DNA of 64,000 nt, from assembly GCA_903844735.1 (NCBI GenBank), contig CAIMUX010000086.1:9074-73073 (forward strand), in the 5' to 3' direction. Below are positions 37,101-46,262 of the stretch, piece by piece; position 1 is the first letter of the stretch; each line of letters starts with the position of its first letter. The notes beneath the pieces are model-generated. The model made no database searches and was not told the origin of the DNA. It saw only the letters and a list, made by a program, of their open reading frames with translations. Made by a program: the position numbers and the translations under genes. This DNA is from Candidatus Eiseniibacteriota bacterium (GTDB taxonomy: Bacteria > Eisenbacteria > RBG-16-71-46 > CAIMUX01).

Positions 37101-38463
37101 TGATCAGACAACGTCGAGTGCGACGATAGCCCCGGCGGCCGTTTCGGTTCCGATTTCGGCGTCAGGCTCGATTCCCGCGCAGATGACGGGCATCGGGACT
37201 CCGGTCTCCGTGCCGGTCTCCGTGCCGATCACAGCGCCAAGTGCGGTTCCCGGTCAGACAGTGGAGAGTTCGGCGAAGGTTCCGGTGGCTGTTTCGATGC
37301 CTGCGTCCAAGGTAACTCGCGGGCACACTGCGCGAAGTGCTGTGACGGCCCCGGCCGTCGGCGCGACGCCGGCCCCCGCGTACGGTTCGGGCCCCGATCT
37401 GTTGACGAGCGGCCCGATGCAGGCAGCTGGACCGGTCTTCGCGCCGTCCGCCGTGCCGGCATCCGTCCGGGCCTCCGTGCCGGCCCCTGAGCCGTTTTCT
37501 GCGCCGGCCGCCGAGGTCAAAGCGGTGTTCGCGCAGGGTGGGTCCGGTACAGGGAGCGCGCCGGCCGAAGCAACAGGCCCAGGCGTGACGCTGAGCCGTG
37601 GCGAACGCCCAGCGAGTCTGCCCACCGCGATTAACGTGGCTCGGACAGTGCGGTCTTCCCAAGCTTCTGTCGGGACCAGCGAGGCGACCCCTGTGTCCGA
37701 GAACCCCCTGTTCCCGAACCCGATGCCTCAGGTCCGTGCCGAAGTCTCCTCGGTGGGGGAACCCAGCGCCGGCGGTGCATCTTTGACCCCGGGCTCTTCG
37801 GCGATAGCCGCGGCAGTGCATCTACCGGCGATTCAGACCTCCACGCCGAGCGCGTCGACGGCTCCTCTGGGGCGAGTGCTCGAGTTGGCCAACCCGGTTG
37901 CGCCCCCGAATCTACCGACGGCTGTGCCCCACGCCATCAAGCTCGCCCTGCGCGAGGGGGTCGGCGAGGTGCGGATCCGCCTCTGGCCACCGGAGCTGGG
38001 TGGCATCCTGGTTCGGCTGCGGGTCAACGGGACCGAGGTCACCGCGCGGATCGAGGCCGAGCGGACGGACGTGCGGGGAATGCTTGAGTCGATGCGATCG
38101 GACCTCGGGCGGGGGATGCAGGAGGCCGGGCTGAAACTGACGCGATTCGAGATCGGTCCGGCACGCCCGAACGAATCATTGCGGGCCTTGGAGACAGTGA
38201 TCCCGGCGAGCGCGGCCTCGCAGGGCGGTGGGGGCGGGACCCCGGATCGCCAGGGTCAAGGCGCCCCGGCGGGAAATCTCGGGACGTCCGGCGGCTTCAA
38301 TCAGGGCGATCCCGGCCCACGCGGCGAGCACGCCGCCGGCGGACGCGCCGGAAGCGGGCGGGAAGGAACGGGCCTAGCGCCCGAGAATCGTAGGGAGAGA
38401 AGCGAGGCGGGCCTTGTGGTTCGCCATGTGCGCGGCGAAGCGGCGATTGACGCCTGGGCCTGA
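34165..38463 (+). CDS. fliK: Giant hook-length control protein FliK (1432 aa) with expanded repetitive Pro/Ala/Ser/Val-rich ruler region
   Basis: C-terminal '[66 protein letters not shown]' is the Flg_hook / FliK C-terminal domain. It lies between ylxF-like and flgD as in Bacillus. The central roughly 1000 aa is low-complexity tandem repeat. Confidence 0.75.
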   Translation: MNPLPSTLTPALPGAAADPGLRGRFPEAPDGGGARVQDRDGFEAALQAASVAGSFVLTRGPALFSRVKQMEDTLETAAPATASNVEPRAFLAPMEPLSSLGAPRTLGSSGAPGGPATGTDAEVVEVAGAATVSGTVSVPHGSSGVAGSSSTVLTSPAALTSPAALTSPAALTSPAALTSPAALTSPAALTSPAAVRTPRIAASTVGAAGALPTARGARATRVVDGSPSAGNVSNGERLGDVGGRIIEASGRVVGLFDLEDGGALPAAGSVPAGVGAGIATPGEATSGAVPRAAGVVAGAKSAPAGDAVVSMAPGSGIASSPSSARVSETTRSGAAMTSLSSSASGSAGSRAMPVSNPVLAVGMVAGPSVEGAPPTPVSVPASGSNAGQTRGGAAKGAAPVPVSPSGSVSDQTTIGPLPVSARSAARASTLGSALGQMTNAPMTASVPGPAPTPLPPSATAFGRAEESGSTGGERVRSATTAPVAVAMPVSTCTSTPEPLVSGPGPGAAPVSAPGSAPGSAPCSASVSAPLPAPVSVPVSQPISVPASAPVPVSGSTPDQTARSAAPALAFDSAAGQMISGPIPVSVPASAPIRSPVSASVSAPVPAPASRSVSAPISVPISVPVSVPVSQPISVPASAPVSVSGSTPDQTARSAAPALAFDSAAGQMISGPIPVSVPASAPIRSPVSASVSAPVPAPASRSVSAPVFVPVSHPISVPASASVPVSGSTPDQTARSAAPALAFDSAAGQRISGPMPVSVPSSAPIPSPIPGPAFASVSVPIPAPIPAPVSQPISVPASAPVPISDSTFDQTVRSAAPVLAFEPAPGQLAGDPMPVSVPASAAVSLPVLAGIPTRTSVLASASIPARSSLSASVPTSLPDSTPSSVAASAPNSRLVPPSGSAPAQTVQSVAPTPVSTSIPASASDSISVPMTGGPLPVSATASPPASASVFAPAFASSAAPTSVPNPVSISSRSSVAHSTPDQTTSSATIAPAAVSVPISASGSIPAQMTGIGTPVSVPVSVPITAPSAVPGQTVESSAKVPVAVSMPASKVTRGHTARSAVTAPAVGATPAPAYGSGPDLLTSGPMQAAGPVFAPSAVPASVRASVPAPEPFSAPAAEVKAVFAQGGSGTGSAPAEATGPGVTLSRGERPASLPTAINVARTVRSSQASVGTSEATPVSENPLFPNPMPQVRAEVSSVGEPSAGGASLTPGSSAIAAAVHLPAIQTSTPSASTAPLGRVLELANPVAPPNLPTAVPHAIKLALREGVGEVRIRLWPPELGGILVRLRVNGTEVTARIEAERTDVRGMLESMRSDLGRGMQEAGLKLTRFEIGPARPNESLRALETVIPASAASQGGGGGTPDRQGQGAPAGNLGTSGGFNQGDPGPRGEHAAGGRAGSGREGTGLAPENRRERSEAGLVVRHVRGEAAIDAWA
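34621..34746 (+). repeat. 18-nt perfect microsatellite x7 inside fliK encoding (ALTSPA)7
   Basis: 'ttgacctcgccggcggca / ttgacctcgcccgcggca' alternate seven times. The encoded peptide is '[18 protein letters not shown]...'. Confidence 0.85.
35771..36700 (+). repeat. Tandem array of ~240-270-nt near-identical repeats (about 3.5 copies) inside fliK; more diverged copies extend from ~35390 to ~37240
   Basis: Units begin at 35771, 36041, 36287 and ~36527 ('taccggtttcccagccgatctctgtgccggcctccgcgcc...'). Encoded unit is '...[78 protein letters not shown]...'. Confidence 0.8.
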
Positions 38464-38489
38464 GCCCGGGCGGTTCGGAGGGAACGGCG

Positions 38490-39155
38490 ATGAACATTAG
38501 CAGCACGACAGCGGCCACAGCCGCGACCGCCACCACAGGCGTGCAGGGAACGTCGCGCGAGGCGCTGGGAAAGGACGACTTCCTCAAGCTCCTGATCACG
38601 CAATTGCAAAACCAGGACCCGCTGTCACCCATGGACAACAGTCAGTTTCTGGCCCAGATGGCACAGTTCAGCTCGTTGGAGCAGATGCAAAACCTGAACG
38701 CCAGTTTCGACGAGTCGATGCTGATCTCGCAGTCCCTGAGCAATTCGTCCGCCGCGGGTTTCATCGGGCGGCATGTCCGAGCCGCCGGTGATGGCGTGAC
38801 TCTCGGTACCACCGGGTCGGTGGAGCTGGGGTACTTCCTGCCATCGGATGCCGCGACAGTCACCTTGACGGTGCTGGACGAACAGGGTCGCGAGGTGCGC
38901 ACGCTGACAGCCGATGAGACCACCGCGGGCGCGCACAGACTCGAGTGGGACGGGGCCGACCTGGACGGTCGTCGGGTTGCCGCGGGCTCGTACACCTTCG
39001 AGGTCTCAGCCAAGGACGCGGACGGGCTCGACGTCAGCGCGACCTCCGTCGTCACTGGCCTGGTGGACGGGATCACCTTCCAGAACGGCAGTGCCTACCT
39101 GCTGGTGGACGGCCGCGAGGTTCCGCTCTCTGAAGTGCTCGAGGTCTATCAATGA
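38490..39155 (+). CDS. flgD: Flagellar hook capping protein FlgD (with FlgD Ig-like domain)
   Basis: '[44 protein letters not shown]' is the FlgD N-terminal signature. C-terminal '[49 protein letters not shown]' is a FlgD Ig-like domain. Confidence 0.85.
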   Translation: MNISSTTAATAATATTGVQGTSREALGKDDFLKLLITQLQNQDPLSPMDNSQFLAQMAQFSSLEQMQNLNASFDESMLISQSLSNSSAAGFIGRHVRAAGDGVTLGTTGSVELGYFLPSDAATVTLTVLDEQGREVRTLTADETTAGAHRLEWDGADLDGRRVAAGSYTFEVSAKDADGLDVSATSVVTGLVDGITFQNGSAYLLVDGREVPLSEVLEVYQ

Positions 39156-39327
39156 GACACGGCATGACCCGAAGGAACCAGAGGAACAGCGGGCACCGCG
39201 CCCGGTCGCCGTGTGGCCTCCGGGTCGATCTCCGGGAGGCGAATGCCCCCCGGGACGGGCCGGTCCGCTCGGGCTGACCAGACGGCAGGAAGACGGCTAC
39301 CAACACGGCGCAGGAGGAAAAATCGCC

Positions 39328-41028
39328 ATGATGCGTTCACTTTTTTCGGGTGTTTCCGGATTGGCCAACAACATGGTCCGCATGGACGTGATCGGGAACA
39401 ATGTGGCCAACGTCAACACCATCGCGTACAAGGCCTCTCGGGTCACCTTCGAGGAGACGATGACCCAGATGCTCAAGGGATCGACTGCCCCCATGGGAAC
39501 GTTGGGCGGCTCCAACCCCACACAAGTGGGGACGGGTGCTCGACTCGGCACCATCGACAGTATTTTTACCCAGGGAAGTATGGAGGCGACCGGGATCGAC
39601 ACCGACCTCGGTATCCAGGGACGTGCCTTTTTCGTGGTCTCCGATGGGACCAACCAGTTCTATTCCCGGTCCGGCTCGTTCCAGCTCGACGGCCGCGGCA
39701 ACCTCGTCAATCCTGCAAACGGATTCACCCTCCAGGGATTCAGCTACAACCGCGTCACCGACCAATACGACAACCTGCCGGAGGCGATCAAGCTGCCGCT
39801 CGGCGAGGTGGAGCCGGCCAAGGCAACCGGCGTACTCTCGTTCCGCGGCAACTTCGACGCCGACTCGGAACCGCGGGGGACGCGTACGGGCTCGGCCGTC
39901 CTTTGGGGCGGGACCGGCAGCCCGGTCGCCATGGACACGCTGCTGGATGACATGAAGGCCGACCCGGGCGGCGTCCTCGACCTGCTTACGGTGGGTGACA
40001 CCATCGCCTACAGCGCCACCGTCGGTGGCAACCCGATTGGCGGCAACCTGACAGTTGACGCTGTCTCGACGATGGGCGACCTCGTGACTGCGATCCAGAC
40101 CTCTCTCAACTCGGTTTCTGGGGTAGCGGGGATCACTGTGAGCTTGGACAGCAACGGGCGCATCCAGGTTGCCACGCCGGACGGCCTGGGCAAGCGCGCG
40201 GAGGTGACCGGGCTTGTCATTCAGGCGGAGGATCCGACTTTGGTCCCGCGCGATGACTTCAATGGTCTCGTCGCCCTGACGGATACGCAGTCGGCGCGCG
40301 ACGCCAGCGTCTTCATCGATGAAAGCACCGTCTATGACTCCCTCGGCTTCAGTCACGTCATTCGGACCGAGTTCACTCGTCTCCTCGGGGCCAATCAGTT
40401 CACCTGGGCAGCGACGGTTGATGACGGCACGACCCCGATCCTGCAAGGCGGCACGGGCAAAGTGACCTTCAACGGCGACGGCTCCTTCAACGGGCTCTTT
40501 TTCGATGCCGCGGGCGATGTCATCCCGACCAAGCTGTCGATCTCCCCGACCACCGGTGCAAAGACGCCGCTGGAGGTGGAGCTCGACCCCGGAGTTCCCG
40601 GTGGCTTCGCCGGCATGACCCTCGTCCGCGCGCCGGCCACCCTCGCGGCAACCAGTGATGGCTTCAGCAAGGGGACCGCGACCGACTTCCGCATCGATCG
40701 AACCGGCACGGTGATCAGCATCTTCTCGAACGGCGTGACCCGACCCGTGGCGAGGGTCGCTCTTTCCGAGTTCGTCAACCCTTCCGGCCTAGTGCGTTAC
40801 GGGGACAACCTGTTCCAGGCCTCGACCAACTCGGGCAAGGCGCTGGTGGGGCAGGCCGGCGGAGCGGTGGAGGCGACGGTTTTCAGTGGCTCGCTGGAGC
40901 AGTCGAATGTCGATCTCGCACGGGAGTTCACCAACATGATCCTTGCACAGCGGGGATTTCAAGCGAGTGCTCGGGTCATCACCACGAGTGATGAGGTTCT
41001 CACCGAGCTGATCAACCTGAAGCGGTAA
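39328..41028 (+). CDS. flgE: Flagellar hook protein FlgE
   Basis: 'MMRSLFSGVSGLANNMVRMDVIGNNVANVNTIAYKASRVTFEE' and C-terminal 'EQSNVDLAREFTNMILAQRGFQASARVITTSDEVLTELINLKR'. RBS CAGGAGGAAAAA. Confidence 0.9.
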   Translation: MMRSLFSGVSGLANNMVRMDVIGNNVANVNTIAYKASRVTFEETMTQMLKGSTAPMGTLGGSNPTQVGTGARLGTIDSIFTQGSMEATGIDTDLGIQGRAFFVVSDGTNQFYSRSGSFQLDGRGNLVNPANGFTLQGFSYNRVTDQYDNLPEAIKLPLGEVEPAKATGVLSFRGNFDADSEPRGTRTGSAVLWGGTGSPVAMDTLLDDMKADPGGVLDLLTVGDTIAYSATVGGNPIGGNLTVDAVSTMGDLVTAIQTSLNSVSGVAGITVSLDSNGRIQVATPDGLGKRAEVTGLVIQAEDPTLVPRDDFNGLVALTDTQSARDASVFIDESTVYDSLGFSHVIRTEFTRLLGANQFTWAATVDDGTTPILQGGTGKVTFNGDGSFNGLFFDAAGDVIPTKLSISPTTGAKTPLEVELDPGVPGGFAGMTLVRAPATLAATSDGFSKGTATDFRIDRTGTVISIFSNGVTRPVARVALSEFVNPSGLVRYGDNLFQASTNSGKALVGQAGGAVEATVFSGSLEQSNVDLAREFTNMILAQRGFQASARVITTSDEVLTELINLKR

Positions 41029-41043
41029 GAGCGGAGGTTTGAG

Positions 41044-41631
41044 ATGGCGGAAGAGAGTGCGGCCAAGGCGGAGCAAAGACCGGGCGAAGAGGAGGAGGCT
41101 GCTCCCGCGGGGGCGAAAGGACCACTCATTCCTCCGATCCTGATCCGATTCTCCATCGTGGGCGGGATCCTCGCGGTAATGGCCGTGGGGGCGATCTTTC
41201 TCGTCACCGACGTCATCGCGCCGCGCCTGAAGAAGCTCGGCGAGCCGGCTTCGGCAACCGTCGAGGCGACCAAGGCCGAGGCGGTGCACGAACCGGGCGA
41301 AATCATCGAGATCAAGGACCTCATCGTCAACCCCGCCGGCTCGGGCGGGCGGCGCTACCTCAAGGTGGCGGCGGCTGTCGAGCTGGCGGCGGAAAAGGGA
41401 AAGAAGAAAAAGGAGAAGGCGCCGGCCGCCGAGGGTGACGGCGGCGGCGGCCTGCAGGACGCGCAGATCCGCGACCTGCTGATTCGCGAGCTGTCGTCGC
41501 GCACCCTGGACGAGCTGACCGACCCGATAGCGAAGGAAGAGATGCGGCAGGGGATCATCGAGGGTCTCTCGGGGATCCTCGGCGAGGGGCGCGTCACCAA
41601 CGTCTACTTCACCGAGTACGTGGTGCAGTGA
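41044..41631 (+). CDS. fliL: Flagellar basal body-associated protein FliL
   Basis: TM 'ILIRFSIVGGILAVMAVGAIFLV', 'IIEIKDLIVNPAGSGGRRYLKVAAAVEL...', C-terminal 'RVTNVYFTEYVVQ'. Confidence 0.8.
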   Translation: MAEESAAKAEQRPGEEEEAAPAGAKGPLIPPILIRFSIVGGILAVMAVGAIFLVTDVIAPRLKKLGEPASATVEATKAEAVHEPGEIIEIKDLIVNPAGSGGRRYLKVAAAVELAAEKGKKKKEKAPAAEGDGGGGLQDAQIRDLLIRELSSRTLDELTDPIAKEEMRQGIIEGLSGILGEGRVTNVYFTEYVVQ

Positions 41632-41665
41632 GCGGGCGGGACGCCGAGAAACGGGAGTAGCGAGC

Positions 41666-42676
41666 GTGGCAAACATTCTGTCCCAGGAAGAAATCGACGC
41701 CCTGCTGGGGGTGGTCGAGACGGAGGCCCCGGAGGCGGGAGCGGATACGCCCTCGTCGTCGCCGGCCACGGAAGGGCAGAGCTACCTGCCGTACGATTTC
41801 CGGCGGCCGAACCGTGTCTCCAAGGAACAACTGCGTTTCTTCCAGTCGATCCACGAAGTGTTCGGGCGCCAGTTCGGCAATGCCCTGTCTTCCCACATGC
41901 GCACCATCGTCGACATCGAAATCGTCTCGGCGGATCAGCTCACGTACGGGGAGTACATCCTCTCATTGCCGGCCAGTACGGCCCTCTTCCTCTTCGAGAT
42001 GAAACCGCTGGAGGGGAACGGAGTCCTGGAGATGAACCCGTCCCTCGTCCTCATGATGGTGGAACGGCTTTTCGGCGGCTCCGGCGGCGGGGCGGGGATG
42101 AGTCGCGATCTTACTTCTATCGAGACCGCCGTGGTGACCAAGCTGGTGCGCCAAGGGCTGTCGATTCTCGGTGACTCCTGGGAACGGATAGCGCCGATCC
42201 AGCTGGCCTTCAGCGAGCTGATGAAGAACCCACAGATGTTGCAGTTGTTGCCCAACACCGAGACGGTGATTCTGGTCACCTTCGAATTGCGTCTGGGCGA
42301 ACAGAACGGGATTCTCTCGCTCTGCTACCCCTACCTGTCTCTCGAACCGATCTTCCCCAACATGTCGACGCGCGGCGCCCTGTACGGGCAGAAGCTGCGT
42401 CATGTCGAGCACGGGAGCGACTGGATCAAACAACGCCTCGCCGACTCGACCCTGCCCGTTTCCGCCATCTTAGGGCGGACCGACTTGACGGTCGCTGAGT
42501 TCCTCCGCCTGCGGCTGGGCGACGTCATCCGGCTCGATCGCAAGGTGGACGAGGCGATCGAGGTCTTGGTGGGTGGTGAGCGGAAAGGCACGGCGTACCC
42601 CGGTCTGCGGGGACGCAACCGCGCGGTGCGGCTGGATACAGCGCTGCGCAGAGGAGATCTCCCGGATGAGTCCTGA
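41666..42676 (+). CDS. fliM: Flagellar motor switch protein FliM
   Basis: 'MANILSQEEIDALLG' CheY-P-binding N-terminus, 'LPYDFRRPNRVSKEQLRFFQSIHEVFGRQF', C-terminal FliN-like 'TVAEFLRLRLGDVIRLDRKVDEAIEVLVGG'. Confidence 0.9.
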   Translation: MANILSQEEIDALLGVVETEAPEAGADTPSSSPATEGQSYLPYDFRRPNRVSKEQLRFFQSIHEVFGRQFGNALSSHMRTIVDIEIVSADQLTYGEYILSLPASTALFLFEMKPLEGNGVLEMNPSLVLMMVERLFGGSGGGAGMSRDLTSIETAVVTKLVRQGLSILGDSWERIAPIQLAFSELMKNPQMLQLLPNTETVILVTFELRLGEQNGILSLCYPYLSLEPIFPNMSTRGALYGQKLRHVEHGSDWIKQRLADSTLPVSAILGRTDLTVAEFLRLRLGDVIRLDRKVDEAIEVLVGGERKGTAYPGLRGRNRAVRLDTALRRGDLPDES

Positions 42677-43397
42677 AAGCGCGAACCCAGCCGGTGGTGG
42701 AGATATCTCGGAAGACGAACTCCGCAAGATCCTCGGCGATGACTACGACTCGGTCGTGGGCAAGGGAGAGGAGGCCGGTGCCACGGACCAGGCGGCGACG
42801 GATGCTGCGTCGGCGCCGACCTCTGCGCCGGCGCCACCGCCGGCGGCCGGCCCGGCCCCCACGGCCGCGGGTACGCCCGGGGATGGTGTCACCCCCAACA
42901 TGACCGATGCCGAGGCGGAGGCGTGGGCTGCCGAGATGGAGGTGCAGATGGCGCAGGAGGCGGTTGCACCCTCGGCCGCCCCGGCGACCGCTGCGACCCC
43001 GTTCTCGTCGCCGGCGGCCACTGCCACGCTTCCGCGGCCCGCCGCCATGCCGGCGTCGGCACCGACGTCCGCGGTCCCGCCATCGGTGGTGCAGCCGGTG
43101 CAGTTCGCGCAAATCGAGGATAGCGGTGCGCGTACCCACGGCAGCATCGACGTTCTCCTCGACGTCCGTCTTCCCATCTCGGTGGAGCTGGGACGTACGG
43201 AAATGGAAGTGAAGGAGATCTTGGAGTTCGGCCCCGGAACGGTCATCGAGCTCACGAAGCTGGCCGGGGAGCCGGTGGACATCTACATCAACGGGCGGCT
43301 GGTGGCGCAGGGGGAGGTGGTGGTGGTGGATGAGCATTTCGGAGTGCGTGTGACGAGCCTCCTCACGCCGAGTGAGCGAGTGCGGAGTCTCGCGTGA
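42666..43397 (+). CDS. fliN: Flagellar motor switch protein FliN/FliY with long Ala/Pro-rich N-terminal region
   Basis: C-terminal SpoA domain 'IDVLLDVRLPISVELGRTEMEVKEILEFGPGTVIELTKLAGEPVDIYINGRLVAQGEVVVVDEHFGVRVTSLL'. ATG 42666 overlaps the fliM stop. Confidence 0.8.
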   Translation: MSPESANPAGGGDISEDELRKILGDDYDSVVGKGEEAGATDQAATDAASAPTSAPAPPPAAGPAPTAAGTPGDGVTPNMTDAEAEAWAAEMEVQMAQEAVAPSAAPATAATPFSSPAATATLPRPAAMPASAPTSAVPPSVVQPVQFAQIEDSGARTHGSIDVLLDVRLPISVELGRTEMEVKEILEFGPGTVIELTKLAGEPVDIYINGRLVAQGEVVVVDEHFGVRVTSLLTPSERVRSLA

Positions 43398-44083
43398 ACC
43401 CGGTCGTGCCGGGCAGCGCCGTGCTCATCGTGAAGCTGGCCCTTTCCCTTGGCCTTGTGGTGGGACTGATCCTCGTGCTCCAGAAGGCGGCCCGAAAGTG
43501 GGGCCACGCCCTCGGCGCCGGTGGCGGGCCGGAGGCGATTCGGCTGCTCTCCCAGCGTTCGGTCGGGCCGCGTCTTTCTCTCGCGGTGGTCGAGGTGCGG
43601 GGACGGACCTTGCTTGTTGGGATATCGCCGCAGGGGATTCATGCGGTGGCCGACCTCGACGCCTCCTCGCAGCCCGGCATCGTGCCGCGAGCCCAGGAGC
43701 AAGGGCCGCCGAGACCCGCGTCGTCCGCCTCGTTCGGTCCATGCTCTCAACCGATCGGTTACGGTCTTCCATCGGCGGCGCCGGCCGCGGGCGCGCCCGT
43801 GGGTGCGGCAGTTGGCGACCGGCATACGGTGGGGGCAACGCCCGCGCGGGGTTTCCTGGAGCGCTGGGGACTCCGCCCGCGCGGTGCGGCGTCGTTCGCT
43901 CCAACCTCCGGGCGCCCTGCCGGATCCCCGAGAGGGGGCGCGGCGGGCGGATCCGTTCCGCGTCGCGGCAGTGCTCCCCCGGCCGTCTTCGAAGACGAGC
44001 TGCTGGCCCGTCTCGCCTCGCTCCGCGATCGCTACCCCTCGCTGGCCGATCTCGAAGCCGATGCCGCGGAGGCGTGGCGATGA
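43394..44083 (+). CDS. fliO: Flagellar biosynthesis protein FliO (FliZ-like)
   Basis: Single N-terminal TM 'VLIVKLALSLGLVVGLILVLQKAARKW' followed by 'LLSQRSVGPRLSLAVVEVRGRTLLVGISPQGI', which is the FliO pattern. Position between fliN and fliP. Confidence 0.55.
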   Translation: MNPVVPGSAVLIVKLALSLGLVVGLILVLQKAARKWGHALGAGGGPEAIRLLSQRSVGPRLSLAVVEVRGRTLLVGISPQGIHAVADLDASSQPGIVPRAQEQGPPRPASSASFGPCSQPIGYGLPSAAPAAGAPVGAAVGDRHTVGATPARGFLERWGLRPRGAASFAPTSGRPAGSPRGGAAGGSVPRRGSAPPAVFEDELLARLASLRDRYPSLADLEADAAEAWR

Positions 44084-44841
44084 GCCGATCGCAGACCCGA
44101 ATCCTGGCGTCTCTTCTCGGCCTCGGCGTGCTCGTCGCGCTCGCTTTGCTCTACGCCGGGCCCGCTCTGGCCGACCCGTCACTTCGCCTCTCGATGGAGC
44201 AGGGCGGCCGCAAGGAGGTCGCGACGACGCTTCAGATCGTCCTTCTCCTTACCGTCCTTTCGCTCGTGCCCGCGATCCTCCTCATGGCGACCGCCTTCGC
44301 GCGCATCGTGGTGGTCCTGTCGTTCCTGCGTCAGGCGATGAGCACGCCCCAAGTGCCGCCGAACCAGGTGCTGCTCGGCCTGGCCCTCTTCCTCACCGTC
44401 TTCGTGATGAAGCCGACCATCGACCGGGTGCAGGCGGAGGCTGTGAAGCCCTACATGGACGGGCAAGCCACCAGCGTAGAGGCGCTCAAGAAGGGCGTGA
44501 TACCCGTGCGCGAGTTCATGCTCCGACAGACGCGGGAAAAGGATCTGGCGCTCTTTGTGCAGCTTTCCAAGTCCCCGCGGCCGGAGAAGCCGGAGGACCT
44601 GTCCCTGGCTGTGGTGACCCCGGCCTTTATGATCTCGGAGCTGAAGACCGCCTTCGAGATCGGCTTCATGCTCTACCTGCCGTTCATCATCATCGACTTG
44701 GTGGTCGCCTCGATCCTGATGTCCATGGGGATGCTCATGCTGCCGCCGGCCATGATCTCCCTGCCGTTTAAGATCCTCCTCTTCGTCCTCGTGGACGGGT
44801 GGAATCTGGTGATCCGGTCGTTGGTGGCCGGCTTTCATTGA
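44080..44841 (+). CDS. fliP: Flagellar export apparatus protein FliP
   Basis: 'LQIVLLLTVLSLVPAILLMATAFARIVVVLSFLRQAMSTPQVPPNQVLLGLALFLTVFVMKP...' plus C-terminal 'PFKILLFVLVDGWNLVIRSLVAGF'. Confidence 0.9.
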   Translation: MSRSQTRILASLLGLGVLVALALLYAGPALADPSLRLSMEQGGRKEVATTLQIVLLLTVLSLVPAILLMATAFARIVVVLSFLRQAMSTPQVPPNQVLLGLALFLTVFVMKPTIDRVQAEAVKPYMDGQATSVEALKKGVIPVREFMLRQTREKDLALFVQLSKSPRPEKPEDLSLAVVTPAFMISELKTAFEIGFMLYLPFIIIDLVVASILMSMGMLMLPPAMISLPFKILLFVLVDGWNLVIRSLVAGFH

Positions 44842-44848
44842 GGTAACG

Positions 44849-45115
44849 ATGACCCCGAACGAAGCCATTGTTCTCTTCCAACGCGCACTGCTCATGGCAC
44901 TGCTCATGGCCGGTCCCATGCTCATCTTCGGTCTGGTGGCCGGGGTGGCGGTGTCGATCTTTCAGGCGGTGACGCAGATCCAGGAGATGACACTCACGTT
45001 CATCCCGAAGATCCTCGCGGTGGTGGCGGCCCTGTTCCTCTTCATGCCGTGGATGCTCAATCAGATGATCCGCTACACGACCGAGACGTTCGGCCGGATC
45101 TCCTTCCTGCAGTGA
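44849..45115 (+). CDS. fliQ: Flagellar export apparatus protein FliQ
   Basis: 88 aa. 'LLMALLMAGPMLIFGLVAGVAVSIFQAVTQIQEMTLTFIPKILAVVAALFLFMPWMLNQM'. Confidence 0.85.
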   Translation: MTPNEAIVLFQRALLMALLMAGPMLIFGLVAGVAVSIFQAVTQIQEMTLTFIPKILAVVAALFLFMPWMLNQMIRYTTETFGRISFLQ

Positions 45116-45119
45116 CGAG

Positions 45120-45893
45120 ATGATGCCGCTGCCGTCGCCGGACCGGATCGAGACCTTTCTGCTGGTCTTTGTTCGCTGCCTCACCTTCTGGTCGATCGGC
45201 CCCCTGCTGGCCGATCGGAAGGTGCCGGTGCAGGTAAAAGTCCTGGGCGGGCTGGTCACGGCGATTGCGGTCTTCTCCTCGGTCGACACAACGCGCTGGA
45301 TCAAGACCGACTCGCTCCTCGTGCTGGCCTCGCTGGTGGCGCGAGAGGTCCTCATGGGCGCCGCCCTCGGGCTGGTGGCTTCGCTGGTCTTCCTTGCTGT
45401 GCGCATGGCGGGGAGTCTTCTCGGCGTGCAGATGGGCTTCTCCATCGCCAGCGTGATGGACCCGCAGACCCAGACCGAGATGTCGCTCCTGTCGGAGGTC
45501 CAAGAACTGCTGGCGGTGTTCCTCTTCCTCCTGGTGGACGGGCACCACCGGCTCTTTCAGGCCTTGGCGGTTTCTTTAGACCGAGTCCCCCCGGGGGCCA
45601 TCGGCGACCCCGGGATCCTCGTGGGGGCTCTGGTTCCGCTGATCGGGGCGATGTTCGGAATGATCATCCAGGTCGGGGCGCCGATCCTGGGCGCCATGTT
45701 TCTGACCGATGCCGCCTTGGGATTTGTCGCCCGGGCGGTTCCCCAAATGAACGTCTTCATCGTGGGGATCCCGGTCAAGATCGCGGCCGGAATGGCGTTA
45801 CTTGTTGTCACGGCGCCGCTCTTCTCTCGTCTGCTCCTCGTCCAGTTCAGCCGGATGGACCAGCAACTGCTCACTGTCTTGCGTGCCATGTAG
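45120..45893 (+). CDS. fliR: Flagellar export apparatus protein FliR
   Basis: 257-aa polytopic protein 'MMPLPSPDRIETFLLVFVRCLTFWSIGPLL...GAPILGAMFLTDAALGFVARAVPQMNVFIVGIPVKIAAGMALLVVTAP'. Confidence 0.85.
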   Translation: MMPLPSPDRIETFLLVFVRCLTFWSIGPLLADRKVPVQVKVLGGLVTAIAVFSSVDTTRWIKTDSLLVLASLVAREVLMGAALGLVASLVFLAVRMAGSLLGVQMGFSIASVMDPQTQTEMSLLSEVQELLAVFLFLLVDGHHRLFQALAVSLDRVPPGAIGDPGILVGALVPLIGAMFGMIIQVGAPILGAMFLTDAALGFVARAVPQMNVFIVGIPVKIAAGMALLVVTAPLFSRLLLVQFSRMDQQLLTVLRAM

Positions 45894-46180
45894 GTTATGG
45901 ATCGACTTCTGTTGACCGAGACCCACGGGCGGGCCCGACGGCAGCTTCCGGGACCGGTCTCCGTTGCTCATCGACCGGAGTTCGGCGGTCTCGACGCCCG
46001 TGCGGGCGGTGGTGACGTCGGGCGCGACCTACGACCCGTGTTGGCGGGATAGAACGACCAGCGAGAACTGGGTCTTCGTCACGGCGGATCGAATAGGTCG
46101 TCGAAGGTGCCGCGCATTCCCTTGCTGGTCGGCCTGTTGCGGGTAATCGGCCAACAGGAATCGATACATAGCCTGCTTCG

Positions 46181-46209
46181 TTGACGGTCCGCCCGCCCCC
46201 CGCTAGACT
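46181..46209 (+). promoter_or_regulatory. Candidate sigma-70-type promoter for the inserted PqqD-MEMO1 gene
   Basis: TTGACG -17 nt- TAGACT, about 55 nt upstream of ATG 46263 (RBS GAGAGG). Confidence 0.25.
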
Positions 46210-46262
46210 TCTCCGATAGCGCCACCACGCGCGCGTCCCACTCTGAAGCATCGAGAGGTACC

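Noticed and set aside
35390-37240. CRISPR array, considered because of regular tandem repeats
   Set aside because: Repeats are 240-270 nt and 18 nt, in-frame inside the fliK ORF. There are no short unique spacers and no cas genes, so this is a protein-coding tandem repeat, not CRISPR.
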